59,737 bases of DNA from Myxococcota bacterium. GTDB taxonomy: Bacteria > Myxococcota_A > UBA796. The notes beneath the pieces were generated by a model, which saw nothing but the letters and a program-made list of their open reading frames with translations, searched no databases and was not told where the DNA came from. A program made the translations under genes and the position numbers. Shown one piece after another: positions 1-9,395 of the stretch (position 1 is its first letter; each line of letters starts with the position of its first letter). Where the stretch lies: NCBI GenBank assembly GCA_036127535.1, contig JAYYRF010000850.1, positions 1-59,737 on the forward strand, given 5' to 3'.

Positions 1-2
1 AC

Positions 3-176
3 CTCAAGGAAGAGACCTTCATGCGAATCTTCCAAGGTCATCTCGCTCAACAAAGCAGTGATGCTTTGGGACTAACCTGGACCGTCGAATCAGAAAATCT
101 GGTTTTCACCTGTTTTACCCCTAACACAACCCAACAACAGCAAGTTCAAATTCCAAAAGACAAGGAGTCCGCATGA
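3..176 (+). CDS. 3' end of an upstream gene cut by the window edge (product unknown)
   Basis: Frame is open from the window edge to TGA at 174-176. The stop overlaps the next ATG (ATGA at 173-176), which implies translational coupling. No motif recognised in the 57 visible residues. Confidence 0.3.
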   Translation, partial: LKEETFMRIFQGHLAQQSSDALGLTWTVESENLVFTCFTPNTTQQQQVQIPKDKESA

Positions 177-1135
177 ACGCTTTCGATCACCTCAATCTTT
201 CCGATCATCGTATCCAAAGATACGCCCATGCAAAAGCTTGGCTACAAGATATTCATCCTCCCTACCGCTACCATATAGACAACCTGGATATCGCTCCCGT
301 TTTGGGTCTTGGCTGGGAGTCTCCATGGAGTATTTGGAGCCAAATTCGCTCCCAGCAACTCGCTGTTCCGACGCTCCAACAGGCCAACAAACAACTCAAG
401 TGGACACCCGTTTTACGGCGACTCTTCGAGTCTCAAACCGGAAGAAGCTGCGACCTCGAATGGCGCCGAATCCGTCACCCGACACTTGAGTGGGCCTTTG
501 CAAGTCTTTTCTCCTGTAGTTTCGATCCGAGAACCGGAGACTTCGGCGGGGTTTTATTCAAAATATCCAACAATGACGAAGCTTGGGCAGCAGATGGCGA
601 ATATATCGAAACCTGGCAACGCAATACCCTCTTACCTCCCAACATCGCTATGGAAGCGTATTGGGTCATGCTCTGTACCGGTCTGCAATGGATAGATATT
701 GCCGTCGCTTTCCCGTCTACCAGTGACTTCATCGACTTGCGTGTTATTCGAATCGCGGCAGATCCGGATATACAAAAAGGTATCGAAAAATCGATCTCTT
801 CTTGGAGAGAAAGGCATCTCATACAAGGAGCACCACCCCGTATAGATGCTTCTCGAGAATGCTCTTCCTTTCTTATGGAAAAATACCGTATCGGTGGTAA
901 TCGCATACGAAATGCATCTCCAGATGAGGAATCCATGCTCCAAAACTACCACCAACTCAACCAGCAAATTCGAGATCTCCAACAGGCCCAAAGACAAATC
1001 CGAAACCAGCTGTTTGAAAGTGTGGCGAACGATCGCGGTCTACAAGGAAGTGATGGCTCCAGAGCGATTATCTCTCGCTCTCGAAGTGGTTTTCAACTTC
1101 GGACGTTTCAAGCGAAGAAATCTAAGGTTTCTTAA
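173..1135 (+). CDS. Hypothetical protein, YqaJ/lambda-exonuclease-like (PD-(D/E)XK) pattern with a Gln-rich coiled-coil tail
   Basis: 320-aa ORF. Its order of segments resembles YqaJ-type recombination exonucleases: DIAPVLGLG..SPWSIW, LKWTPVLRRLFESQTG, ...ASL..., GVLFKIS, PPNIAMEAYWVMLCTG, IDIAVAF. The C-terminus LQNYHQLNQQIRDLQQAQRQIRNQL looks coiled-coil. Assignment is by eye only. Confidence 0.4.
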   Translation: MNAFDHLNLSDHRIQRYAHAKAWLQDIHPPYRYHIDNLDIAPVLGLGWESPWSIWSQIRSQQLAVPTLQQANKQLKWTPVLRRLFESQTGRSCDLEWRRIRHPTLEWAFASLFSCSFDPRTGDFGGVLFKISNNDEAWAADGEYIETWQRNTLLPPNIAMEAYWVMLCTGLQWIDIAVAFPSTSDFIDLRVIRIAADPDIQKGIEKSISSWRERHLIQGAPPRIDASRECSSFLMEKYRIGGNRIRNASPDEESMLQNYHQLNQQIRDLQQAQRQIRNQLFESVANDRGLQGSDGSRAIISRSRSGFQLRTFQAKKSKVS

Positions 1136-2801
1136 TCTTCATGAGTGGATGAACCGGCTTTGTGGAGGATTTTGCTCCAGATAGCCGGTAAATATCAAAG
1201 TCCGAACAACTGGAAACGAGGGTTTCTGAGCCAAAGATACTGTCTTTGGCTTGGAAAACCAACGTTTTTGAAACGCGATTGTCGACGATAACAAAGCGAT
1301 ACCCCCATTCAGAAAGCGTCTTTAGATCCAACGTCCCCACTGTTTCCGTTGAAGCCGTCCAACCGAGTTTTCGTAAAACCGCTCCGGGAAAAACCTGCCC
1401 CACCAAAGGCCATGACCCCGTACCAATTGTTGCTGCAGGTCGTTCGTGCGTCATTTGAAACAAGCGGCTGTGCAAGGTCGCATCAAAATCCTCATCGTCT
1501 ATCCCGTCCCACGGCCAAATTAAAACGGCTCCCTCTTCTTGAGAGAGTTCTTGTATACAAGAGGCCGTCGGTATATTCGTCGCCGGTAAGCGCAAAGACA
1601 GACCGCCAACCGTTAAGGCTTCTGCGCCGATCAAGAACCACAAAAAAATACCCACATAGACATTCTTTCCAATGAACCAACGGAAACTGTATCCAACCAA
1701 TATGGAAAAACCCAAGACCACCAAGATCATGTAACGAGTCGGCTGCGTAAGTGGACGAACCAACTGTGCGCACAACGAATTGAACCATGCGAACGGTGCA
1801 GCAACACCACCGATATCAGAACCAAAGGAGAATAGAAGACCGATCAACACCAACAAGAGGAGCAAGATCCCTTGTCTGCGTGCCCAAAATAATCCCATCC
1901 CTCCAAGCACAATGACGGAATACCCCAAAAATCCTCGACCCGATTGGTGGATCGTATCTTGACCACCAATCGGCCACCGAACCATTTGTGGGTACGCGAT
2001 CTCGGAGAAAGAGATTCGCGCCCAATCTCGTTCGACAACCGGAAAATACTGCCCGAAAACGGTTACGAAATAGCTCGGTCGCAAACTTTGATATTCGGAC
2101 GCCGATGCGCCATGGTAAACGAAGCCAACGAAACCGAGTAGCACCACACTCAGCCCACCCAACAACACTAATTTTTTCCACTCTCCCCACAATACCATCA
2201 GAGCGATAAGCGGTGGAATGGGAGCGAGATAGGGATTTTCCAAGCCCTGAAAGGCGATGCCGAACACCGCGAGTGAAAACCACCAACGCCCGCCACCGTC
2301 TCGAATTTTCAACGAAGACAACCATGTGAGAAGCAACGGTACAATCGCAACGCCAACAACGCCGGTCTCCGCCAACGTAAAGATAAAATAACGCTGGCAT
2401 AGAAATGCGAACAGAACGCCTCCAATGCTCAAAGAAGAGAACCGCAGAAATCGTAATATCCATACCAAAAGAATCATGCAGCTATACAGCAAAACCAAAG
2501 AACATAAGGTAGAAGCCCAATTCGGCCCCAGTACTCCGTCGATGACCGACCAAATCAAAGCATTGAGAGGTGAGATTATCGCTCCGTTTCCCCCAAACGG
2601 AAAATTGAACAGCGTGGAAGTTGTTCCCCATGCTCCAAAAGGCCATTCTTGCTGGAACCACCACATCGCCCAAATCGTATTCACGAAGTCCGCCCCCGCT
2701 CCTGCAGATGCGCCTTCTCGTATGGCTTTTTCAAATGGGAGGAGTGCGAAAATGAATGGTATCAAAACCCAAATGGGTCTGTCTCTAAGTTCCGTGACCA
2801 C
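1122..2801 (-). CDS. Polytopic membrane protein with soluble C-terminal domain (GT-C-like topology, family unidentified)
   Basis: 559-aa ORF. Its GTG start shares 1 nt with the stop of the upstream lipoprotein gene. It has many long hydrophobic segments followed by a ~130-aa hydrophilic tail. Confidence 0.6.
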   Translation of the reverse strand: MVTELRDRPIWVLIPFIFALLPFEKAIREGASAGAGADFVNTIWAMWWFQQEWPFGAWGTTSTLFNFPFGGNGAIISPLNALIWSVIDGVLGPNWASTLCSLVLLYSCMILLVWILRFLRFSSLSIGGVLFAFLCQRYFIFTLAETGVVGVAIVPLLLTWLSSLKIRDGGGRWWFSLAVFGIAFQGLENPYLAPIPPLIALMVLWGEWKKLVLLGGLSVVLLGFVGFVYHGASASEYQSLRPSYFVTVFGQYFPVVERDWARISFSEIAYPQMVRWPIGGQDTIHQSGRGFLGYSVIVLGGMGLFWARRQGILLLLLVLIGLLFSFGSDIGGVAAPFAWFNSLCAQLVRPLTQPTRYMILVVLGFSILVGYSFRWFIGKNVYVGIFLWFLIGAEALTVGGLSLRLPATNIPTASCIQELSQEEGAVLIWPWDGIDDEDFDATLHSRLFQMTHERPAATIGTGSWPLVGQVFPGAVLRKLGWTASTETVGTLDLKTLSEWGYRFVIVDNRVSKTLVFQAKDSIFGSETLVSSCSDFDIYRLSGAKSSTKPVHPLMKIKKP

Positions 2802-3139
2802 TACTCCACGCTACAAGTCCATAGCTCATCGTGACAAGACTGGTATATGCTCTCTTGATCGTCCCAATGCTCCGCACAAGTAGCGGCATACGTTCGACTG
2901 AGACATTTTTGAGCTTGATCGACTAAGAAAGTACATCCCGAATAGAATTCGTCTTGAAAATCTACCCAATACTCCATCACTTCTTCTTCGCAGTTGCCCA
3001 TCGTCTCGTACTCACCATCGAACAAAGAGCGGTGGCACTGCTTGTATACCAAACATTGGGCGGTCGCATGCTCTCGAACAAACGACTCCCAATCATCGAC
3101 ATTTCTCGTACAACCCCAAAAAAGCAGCACCGCCAACAT
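2801..3139 (-). CDS. Small Cys-rich lipoprotein (hypothetical)
   Basis: 112 aa with a lipobox-like LLFWGC near the N-terminus. Nine Cys in total. It lies 3 nt downstream of dtd. Confidence 0.55.
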   Translation of the reverse strand: MLAVLLFWGCTRNVDDWESFVREHATAQCLVYKQCHRSLFDGEYETMGNCEEEVMEYWVDFQDEFYSGCTFLVDQAQKCLSRTYAATCAEHWDDQESIYQSCHDELWTCSVE

Positions 3140-3142
3140 TTT

Positions 3143-3589
3143 TTACTCCTTGCTATCGATAACGAAGGTTACGGGTCCATCATTGATCAATTGAACCTGC
3201 ATCATAGCACCAAATTCACCTGTTGCCACTTTTGAAACCCCTAAAGATCGCAATTCAGCGCAAAATTGTTCATATAGCGGAATTGCGATCTGTGGACGAG
3301 CCGCCCTGATAAAATTCGGTCTTCGCCCTTTGGAACAGTCTCCGTACAAGGTAAACTGAGAAATCACCAATATTTGAGCTCCTGTGTCCAAAAGAGAGTG
3401 GTTCATTTTTCCTTGATCGTCCTTAAAAATCCTCAAATTTGCAACTTTATCAGCAAGCCAGCGCGCTTGCCGAGGTGTATCCGTCGGGGCGACGCCCAAA
3501 AGTAAGACTAAGCCCCTATCTATTTCACCTATTGTCGTGCCGGCAACCGACACCGATGCCGCAAGTGATCGTTGTACTACAGCACGCAT
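3143..3589 (-). CDS. dtd: D-aminoacyl-tRNA (D-Tyr-tRNA) deacylase
   Basis: 148 aa, typical length. Begins MRAVVQR and contains [21 protein letters not shown] and the INDGPVT C-terminal motif. Confidence 0.95.
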   Translation of the reverse strand: MRAVVQRSLAASVSVAGTTIGEIDRGLVLLLGVAPTDTPRQARWLADKVANLRIFKDDQGKMNHSLLDTGAQILVISQFTLYGDCSKGRRPNFIRAARPQIAIPLYEQFCAELRSLGVSKVATGEFGAMMQVQLINDGPVTFVIDSKE

Positions 3590-3599
3590 TGTGTCTCCA

Positions 3600-4334
3600 T
3601 CAAAAATAGCTATAGACTGTTATCAATATACCAAGAAGAGAGACCAGTCCCAAAAAAACCTCTTCAAACCTCTTTTCTTTCTCTCCATAGTGCCCCAAGC
3701 ATAGACCGAGTACGGTACCAACGGCATAGCCGCCAAAGTGACTGGGATTATCGATCATCGGAATCCATAAACCGATGAACAAATTCAACAACCCCAAAAA
3801 ACCAAGCTTTTTTCGAAGTGTATTGCCCAACTCCCCCGGCAACTTGGCACGATACTTCCAGCCAAAAACAGAGAGCGCTGCCAACAGACCAAACAGACCA
3901 CCACTTAGACCAACCGTATTGAGAGAACCCATCGACCACGATAGAAAAGCACCGCCCAGTCCTGAAATGTATACGATTGACAACGTTGAAATTGTGCCAA
4001 ATCCGGCCTCGGCCATCCGACCGAGAGCGACCAAGGCAAGACTGTTCAACCCAACATGCAAAATTCCACCGTGCAACATCAAAGACGAACTCAAGCGCCA
4101 CACTTCGCCTTCATCTATTTTAGAAGCGTTCAACGCTCCCCATCGAAGCAAGTTCTCTTGTGATGGCCCCCAAATGAATCCTTCCACACCGGCAGCAAAA
4201 ACGTATACCAACAATATGATGATCAAAAGAATCCACGTGGCCCATGCTTCGCTTAGGCGTACCCATATTTGATCTTCTAGGGTTCCCATAGGCGAAACTC
4301 TTCCATTGCCCCGTAACGAAACCCCAACGGCCAA
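3600..4334 (-). CDS. Rhomboid family intramembrane serine protease
   Basis: Motifs present: EVWRL (WR), [11 protein letters not shown] (H-x4-H-x3-N), GLSGGLFG (GxSG catalytic Ser) and [11 protein letters not shown] (catalytic His helix). Multi-TM. The start may be the second Met (4289), because the first overlaps the upstream gene by 58 nt. Confidence 0.9.
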   Translation of the reverse strand: MAVGVSLRGNGRVSPMGTLEDQIWVRLSEAWATWILLIIILLVYVFAAGVEGFIWGPSQENLLRWGALNASKIDEGEVWRLSSSLMLHGGILHVGLNSLALVALGRMAEAGFGTISTLSIVYISGLGGAFLSWSMGSLNTVGLSGGLFGLLAALSVFGWKYRAKLPGELGNTLRKKLGFLGLLNLFIGLWIPMIDNPSHFGGYAVGTVLGLCLGHYGEKEKRFEEVFLGLVSLLGILITVYSYF

Positions 4335-5707
4335 TATCCCAGCGTTTCGCTATAGTATCCAACCGATCGATCGCGATCGAGTAACAGTAAATAATGTGGA
4401 TTCGAAGTATACGTTTCTATCAACCGCAGTCCTCTCGGTGTATCTCCCCCCGCAGCCTGTTTTGCCTGAATTAAAGAACCCTTTTCTCCTCTCCAAACCC
4501 GCCAGCCTCTTTGGCGCAAACTCCAGCGCATCGTCCACTCTCCAGAGAAAAAGCCATCTGAGGTTTCTATTTTTTGCACCGTTTGATGCACCGAATCTGC
4601 ATATTTAGACTCTGAGTACGCAATGCCCAACGATAAAAGTGCAGACAAACCAGCCAAAATGTATCCCTTTCGCCCTACAAACTCTCCCACCAATATGGCG
4701 ATGGGTAGGATGGATAAAGCCAAATATCGTGGAGACGCAAAATTATGCGTTGCCCATACACCAACGATAATCGCGATCGCCCACATTTGAAAGATTTGTG
4801 GCTTGTGTACGAGAAAAATCAATGCGCCCAACGATAAGGATATCCAAAAGATGCTCACTGCAATTCCCAAAAACGACAATGACGGCAGAAATACCAAGCC
4901 TACCAGTGCGAATGCCCCCCCCATGGCCCAAGTCCGAAATCGTAGAAGCAACATTAAAACCGGTGCACCGATCAATATTCGCAACAACAGACCAATTCCT
5001 CTCTCGGCGAAACCGCTCCGGGCAATTTGAGTAGCCGTCTCCAATACAACCCACAGATGCATGCGATGGTATAGAAAATACAACCATAATTCTCCGCTTC
5101 CCCATACCAAAATAAAGCCCAAAAAGACTGGCCACAGACGTCTTGTTTGCCTTTGATGATACAGGATCGGAATCCACAACAGAAGAGCTGGATACTTCGT
5201 CCAACAGGCCAGCCCCAAAAGCAAACCACTCAGAAACCAAATCCATCGTCGCGTACTGCCTAAGAATAAGGAAATGGAAAGGGTTCCCAGCGCGCACACC
5301 ATTAAATCGGGCATTAGAGACCGAGCACCGACCATTAAAACAATGGGAGCGCTCAACCACAAAAGAAAGCTATGCTTGGGATTCTTGGAAAAGCGAATAC
5401 AAAGATAGCCCGCCGCCGCACCCAACATGATCCGAAAAGGCAGACCGAGAAAGAACTTTAGCCATGCTACGTCCTCTCCGCATAACCACCACAAAGAACG
5501 CACCCAATATAGAAATAGTGGTGGATGCGCATATACATAGCTATCGCTCCACGGATGCCACGGCAATTTCCAGTCATATGGTCGGAAAAGTGGCATTTCC
5601 TTTGCTATATACAAATAGCTCTCTTCATCCAAAACCGGAAGATTCGAACTCAGCATTGTTGTCAGAACACAATAGAGCAGTGCACTAACGCCGATGCTAC
5701 GCCACAT
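4277..5707 (-). CDS. Polytopic membrane glycosyltransferase-like protein (ArnT/PMT, GT-C family-like)
   Basis: 476 aa with about 12 hydrophobic segments. An early periplasmic-loop acidic motif (VLDEESYLYIAKEM) is typical of GT39/GT83-type enzymes. The start shares 1 nt with the dapD stop. Confidence 0.6.
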   Translation of the reverse strand: MWRSIGVSALLYCVLTTMLSSNLPVLDEESYLYIAKEMPLFRPYDWKLPWHPWSDSYVYAHPPLFLYWVRSLWWLCGEDVAWLKFFLGLPFRIMLGAAAGYLCIRFSKNPKHSFLLWLSAPIVLMVGARSLMPDLMVCALGTLSISLFLGSTRRWIWFLSGLLLGLACWTKYPALLLWIPILYHQRQTRRLWPVFLGFILVWGSGELWLYFLYHRMHLWVVLETATQIARSGFAERGIGLLLRILIGAPVLMLLLRFRTWAMGGAFALVGLVFLPSLSFLGIAVSIFWISLSLGALIFLVHKPQIFQMWAIAIIVGVWATHNFASPRYLALSILPIAILVGEFVGRKGYILAGLSALLSLGIAYSESKYADSVHQTVQKIETSDGFFSGEWTMRWSLRQRGWRVWRGEKGSLIQAKQAAGGDTPRGLRLIETYTSNPHYLLLLDRDRSVGYYSETLGYWPLGFRYGAMEEFRLWEP

Positions 5708-6504
5708 CAGACCGCTACAGCAAATTCGCGCAAGACTTGATTCAAGGAGGTTTTCCGGTCTGTGCTCTCCTTGCGCTGCCCTATGATCAAGGCACAGGGA
5801 ACGCCAAACTCTCCCGCAGGAAACGTCTTCGGTACGGTTCCTGGTATGACTACGGCTCTTTTCGGAACCACCCCTTTGTGAATTTTAGGTTCTGTACCCG
5901 TTACGTCAATAATTTTTGTCGAAGCCGTAAGTACAACGTTGGCGCCCAAAACCGCTTCTTCGCAGACGCGTACTCCTTCGACAACAATCGAGCGAGAACC
6001 GATAAAGGCGCCGTCTTCAATAATGACAGGTCGAGCGGAAGGTGGCTCCAAGACGCCTCCAATACCGACCCCGCCGGAAAGATGCACGCCTTTTCCAATT
6101 TGTGCACAAGAGCCCACCGTAGCCCATGTGTCGACCATCGTTCCGGTGCCCACATAGGCGCCGATATTCACGTATCCCGGCATCACAATTGTACCGCGCT
6201 CCAAGAAGGAGCCGTAACGAATATGCCCCGGCGGAACGACGCGAACCCCTTGTTCCGCTAAATTTTTCTTCAACGGTATTTTATCGTAGAACTCATAAGG
6301 GCCAATTTCGTGCGTCTTCATTTGAGACACCCTAAAAAAGAGCAAAATGGCTTTCTTAATCCAGTCGTGAACAACCCACTCGTCTTCGACTTTCTCTGCA
6401 ACGCGAATCTCTCCCTTGTCCAATAGAGCAAGGGTTGCTTCGACAGCCTCTACATCGTTGTCTTCTCCAGACCAAGATGCTTCTATTCTTTCCTTTAATT
6501 CCAT
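5707..6504 (-). CDS. dapD: 2,3,4,5-tetrahydropyridine-2,6-dicarboxylate N-succinyltransferase
   Basis: 265 aa. The N-terminal helical domain (LLDKGEIRVAEK..W.V..W.KKAILL.FR) is followed by hexapeptide-repeat left-handed beta-helix sequence (GAYVGTGTMVDTWATVGSCAQIGKGVHLSGGVGIGGVLEP). Confidence 0.95.
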   Translation of the reverse strand: MELKERIEASWSGEDNDVEAVEATLALLDKGEIRVAEKVEDEWVVHDWIKKAILLFFRVSQMKTHEIGPYEFYDKIPLKKNLAEQGVRVVPPGHIRYGSFLERGTIVMPGYVNIGAYVGTGTMVDTWATVGSCAQIGKGVHLSGGVGIGGVLEPPSARPVIIEDGAFIGSRSIVVEGVRVCEEAVLGANVVLTASTKIIDVTGTEPKIHKGVVPKRAVVIPGTVPKTFPAGEFGVPCALIIGQRKESTDRKTSLNQVLREFAVAV

Positions 6505-6513
6505 GTAAAGCTC

Positions 6514-7662
6514 CTAAATCATCGCTTTCCAAATCGAGAGCGCCTTATGACAACTTTCTATATCGGGAACCATGGCCAAACGCACATAATTCTCGGTCAT
6601 CGCGCCAACGCTAAACATCGAACCCGGAGAGACAACAATCCCCTTATCCAGAAGACGCAAGGCAAAATGCTGAGCATCTTCATCACCGGGTACCCGAAGC
6701 CATAAATATAGAGTCGCGTCTCGACCGAGTACCGTCCAACCTTGTTGATCGAAAAAATGAAGAAAAAGCGCCTTCTTTTTCGCAAAGATCTCTCTTCTTT
6801 GTTCTACATGTCTATCATCACCCCATGCCACCTCGGCCGCTGCATTGACAAAATTTTGCGGAACCAGTCCCGGATTGGAGCGAAACTTTTTAAACTTCGC
6901 GATCAAAACCGGATCTCCGACTAAGAATCCCGATCGATAACCGGTCATGCCCGATCGTTTCGACAAAGAGTGAATCGCTAAAACATTTTCGAGACCACAC
7001 TCTAAAATCGAATGCGGCCGCTGTTGGTGATAAATATCAGCGTAGGTCTCGTCCGAAATACAAACAATATCATACTTTCGACAAACATCTGCCGTTCTGT
7101 GCAGATCGTCCAAAGACATGCAGACCCCCGATGGGTTGTGTGGAGAATTGAGCCAAATCACTCTTGTTTTACGCAAGAGTTCTTCATCGAGAAGCCAGGG
7201 ACGGAAGATGTAATCTCCGTCCAATGAAACGGAGTACGGTATCGCACCCGCAAATTTTGCCCCTCGCATGTAGGCTGGATACCCGGGGTCAGGAAATACG
7301 ATATATCGATCATCCACACGAGGATCGATGAAAACCAACGGTGCGTGAAAAACCGCCTCCTTTGCTCCGGAGGTCGGGATCACGTGTTTTTCCGGACTAA
7401 AATCCAAGTCGTATCGCCTTTTTAAGTAGCCTACGATACTTTTCCGAAGGGCGATCGGCCCCGCAACATTCGGATAACCACAGTGCGGGGACACTGCGGC
7501 TTGCAAGGCTTCTCGAATAAAAAGAGGCACTGGTTCTTGGGGGTCACCGACACCAAAGTCATACAGTGTCTTCCCTTCGGAAAGAACCTTTGCCTTTCTT
7601 TGGTTCAAAGCTTGTTGTGGATACGTTTCCAACTCCAAAAGTACAGGATTATATCTCGGCAT
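6514..7662 (-). CDS. Class I/II PLP-dependent aminotransferase, probably N-succinyldiaminopimelate aminotransferase by context
   Basis: 382 aa. Contains the PLP-Lys motif SLSKRSGMTGYRSGF and NSPHNPSG. It lies immediately upstream of dapD in the same operon. Confidence 0.8.
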   Translation of the reverse strand: MPRYNPVLLELETYPQQALNQRKAKVLSEGKTLYDFGVGDPQEPVPLFIREALQAAVSPHCGYPNVAGPIALRKSIVGYLKRRYDLDFSPEKHVIPTSGAKEAVFHAPLVFIDPRVDDRYIVFPDPGYPAYMRGAKFAGAIPYSVSLDGDYIFRPWLLDEELLRKTRVIWLNSPHNPSGVCMSLDDLHRTADVCRKYDIVCISDETYADIYHQQRPHSILECGLENVLAIHSLSKRSGMTGYRSGFLVGDPVLIAKFKKFRSNPGLVPQNFVNAAAEVAWGDDRHVEQRREIFAKKKALFLHFFDQQGWTVLGRDATLYLWLRVPGDEDAQHFALRLLDKGIVVSPGSMFSVGAMTENYVRLAMVPDIESCHKALSIWKAMI

Positions 7663-7756
7663 CTATGTTATCCTTAAGAGTATATAAAATTCTTGGTCTA
7701 TACCTTGCTTTTAGCCCGATTGACGACTACATGAGAGCAAAGAAAGGAGTTTTTTC

Positions 7757-8752
7757 ATGCTTTGGGTCTTAATTCTTTCCTGCCAACTAATGATCGATCA
7801 ATATAATGTCCCTGCAGACGCCTCAGACACGACCGAATTTATCTTTGAGGTTCCCAGAGGAAGCAACGCCCGCAGCATCGGTCCCAAGCTTAAGGAAGCG
7901 GGGATCATAGACGACGCCGACACCTTTGTTACCTACGTTAAGCTCTCCAAAGAGGGTGGATGCATCAAAGCCGGTCGGTTCTCTCTCCAAAGAAGTATGT
8001 CTCCCCAAGAAATTTTGGATACCGTTTGTGGCACACCCCTTCCAAATGACAAACCTTTCACCGTCGTTGAAGGGTGGCGCATTCGAGAAATCGATCGTGC
8101 CCTCGCCAAAGCCGGTTGGATTGAAGCCGGAGAGTATAAAAAGCTCGCGGAAGATCCGTCCCAATTCACGGCACCCTACGATCTTCCGAAAACCACTCTC
8201 GAGGGCTATCTCTACCCTGAGACCTATATGCTCACACCCGATCGCTTCGACGCCAAACAGTTTATTCAGCGCCAAATCGATATGTTGACCGAAAAATTCT
8301 ACACATCCAACGAAGAGAAGATCAAAGCATCCAAACGAAGCATGAACGAATTGGTCATTATGGCCTCGATGCTCGAGCGCGAGGAGCCAACCAAAAAGAA
8401 TCTCGCGCTGGTGTCGGGAATTCTATGGAAAAGACTCGATGAGCCATGTCCCAGCCGAAATCCGTGCACATTGGGGGTTGATGCCACCTCACACTACACC
8501 CTAGAAGACTGGAACGATCGAAAGGGCCTCTTGAGAAATCTGAAAAATAAAAGGGATCCGTATAACTCCCGTCTGCGCGAAGGATTACCCCCCACCGCGA
8601 TTGGAAGCCCGTCAATTCACAGCTTGAATGCCGCCTTGAACCCGAAAGATTCGGTATATTGGTACTATCTTCACGACAAAACCCAAACGTTGCGTCCGGG
8701 TCGAAATGGTCGTGAACACGAGCGCAACCGGCGAAAATACAACGTCTACTAA
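7757..8752 (+). CDS. mltG: Endolytic murein transglycosylase MltG (YceG-like)
   Basis: YceG pattern present: EG.LYPETY, ASMLEREE, and NSRLREGLPPTAIGSPSIHSLNAALNP. An AAAGGAG ribosome-binding site lies 9 nt upstream of the ATG. Confidence 0.9.
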   Translation: MLWVLILSCQLMIDQYNVPADASDTTEFIFEVPRGSNARSIGPKLKEAGIIDDADTFVTYVKLSKEGGCIKAGRFSLQRSMSPQEILDTVCGTPLPNDKPFTVVEGWRIREIDRALAKAGWIEAGEYKKLAEDPSQFTAPYDLPKTTLEGYLYPETYMLTPDRFDAKQFIQRQIDMLTEKFYTSNEEKIKASKRSMNELVIMASMLEREEPTKKNLALVSGILWKRLDEPCPSRNPCTLGVDATSHYTLEDWNDRKGLLRNLKNKRDPYNSRLREGLPPTAIGSPSIHSLNAALNPKDSVYWYYLHDKTQTLRPGRNGREHERNRRKYNVY

Positions 8753-8756
8753 GCGT

Positions 8757-9074
8757 CTATGCCAATCCGTATTTCCCCTTGACCAAACGATACTTTTCCA
8801 CTTCGGGATGCGGGTCTTTTGGAGAGAAAATCAGCGGTGTTGTTCGAGAGAGTTGAGCGTTTAGCTGAATATACACCAGCTGATCCGCAGGTACATCCTC
8901 ATCGAGTACGATCGCTTCTACCGGACAAGCGGGCACGCAAGCTCCACAGTCGATGCACTCTTCCGGATCGATGACCAAAAGATGTTCTGCCTCGTGAAAG
9001 CAGTCCACGGGACATACATCGACGCAATCGGTGAACTTACAGCGGACACATGGATCCGTAACGACGTGGGGCAT
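8757..9074 (-). CDS. Ferredoxin, 7Fe (3Fe-4S + 4Fe-4S) FdxA type
   Basis: Begins MPHVVTDPCVRCKFTDCVDVCPVDCFHE and continues ..CIDCGACVPACPVEAI. 105 aa, the typical FdxA length. Confidence 0.92.
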   Translation of the reverse strand: MPHVVTDPCVRCKFTDCVDVCPVDCFHEAEHLLVIDPEECIDCGACVPACPVEAIVLDEDVPADQLVYIQLNAQLSRTTPLIFSPKDPHPEVEKYRLVKGKYGLA

Positions 9075-9388
9075 TAAGACTTCTTCTTCCCAGGATTCGG
9101 GTCAGCCCAGCCTTCGTTGTCTCCCCGCAAATACCAAAAATCTCCGCCTTTGGACTCGACGTCGACAATCCCGGCTTTCGCGAGAGCCTCTGCTTCCGTA
9201 TTTGTTGGCGCGGCATTTTTAGAGGGTGTGCTCTCGACGTCACCACCGTTGTACAGTGGGTTCTTCGCCGCTACGTGCGGTTGGGGGCGACCGGGGTAAT
9301 TGGCTTCTTCGTGGATAACGGACGCCAAAGCGCGAACGTTTTTTAATCTGTCTTTGATTAAGTTTTTTATGCGTGTGCGGAGTCCCAT
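9074..9388 (-). CDS. Hypothetical 104-aa protein
   Basis: ORF wedged between a radical SAM gene (7-nt gap) and the ferredoxin gene (1-nt overlap). No recognisable motif. Basic amphipathic N-terminus and acidic/Gly-rich C-terminus. Confidence 0.5.
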   Translation of the reverse strand: MGLRTRIKNLIKDRLKNVRALASVIHEEANYPGRPQPHVAAKNPLYNGGDVESTPSKNAAPTNTEAEALAKAGIVDVESKGGDFWYLRGDNEGWADPNPGKKKS

Positions 9389-9395
9389 GTTAACC

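Noticed and set aside
1-1135. Prophage or mobile element at the left edge, suggested by the YqaJ-like gene.
   Set aside because: No integrase, other phage genes, att-like repeats or compositional break are visible within the window.
3600-4334. Calling the rhomboid gene a rhombosortase for the Gly/Cys-tailed protein at 50593-51612.
   Set aside because: The two genes are 46 kb apart. The rhomboid is of generic length and motif content, and only one candidate substrate is visible. The idea is mentioned only as speculation.
9074-9388. The 104-aa ORF as a RiPP precursor for the adjacent radical SAM enzymes.
   Set aside because: It lies downstream of the enzymes. It has no leader/core-like organisation, no Cys/Ser/Thr-rich core, and no protease or transporter nearby. 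It is kept as hypothetical only.
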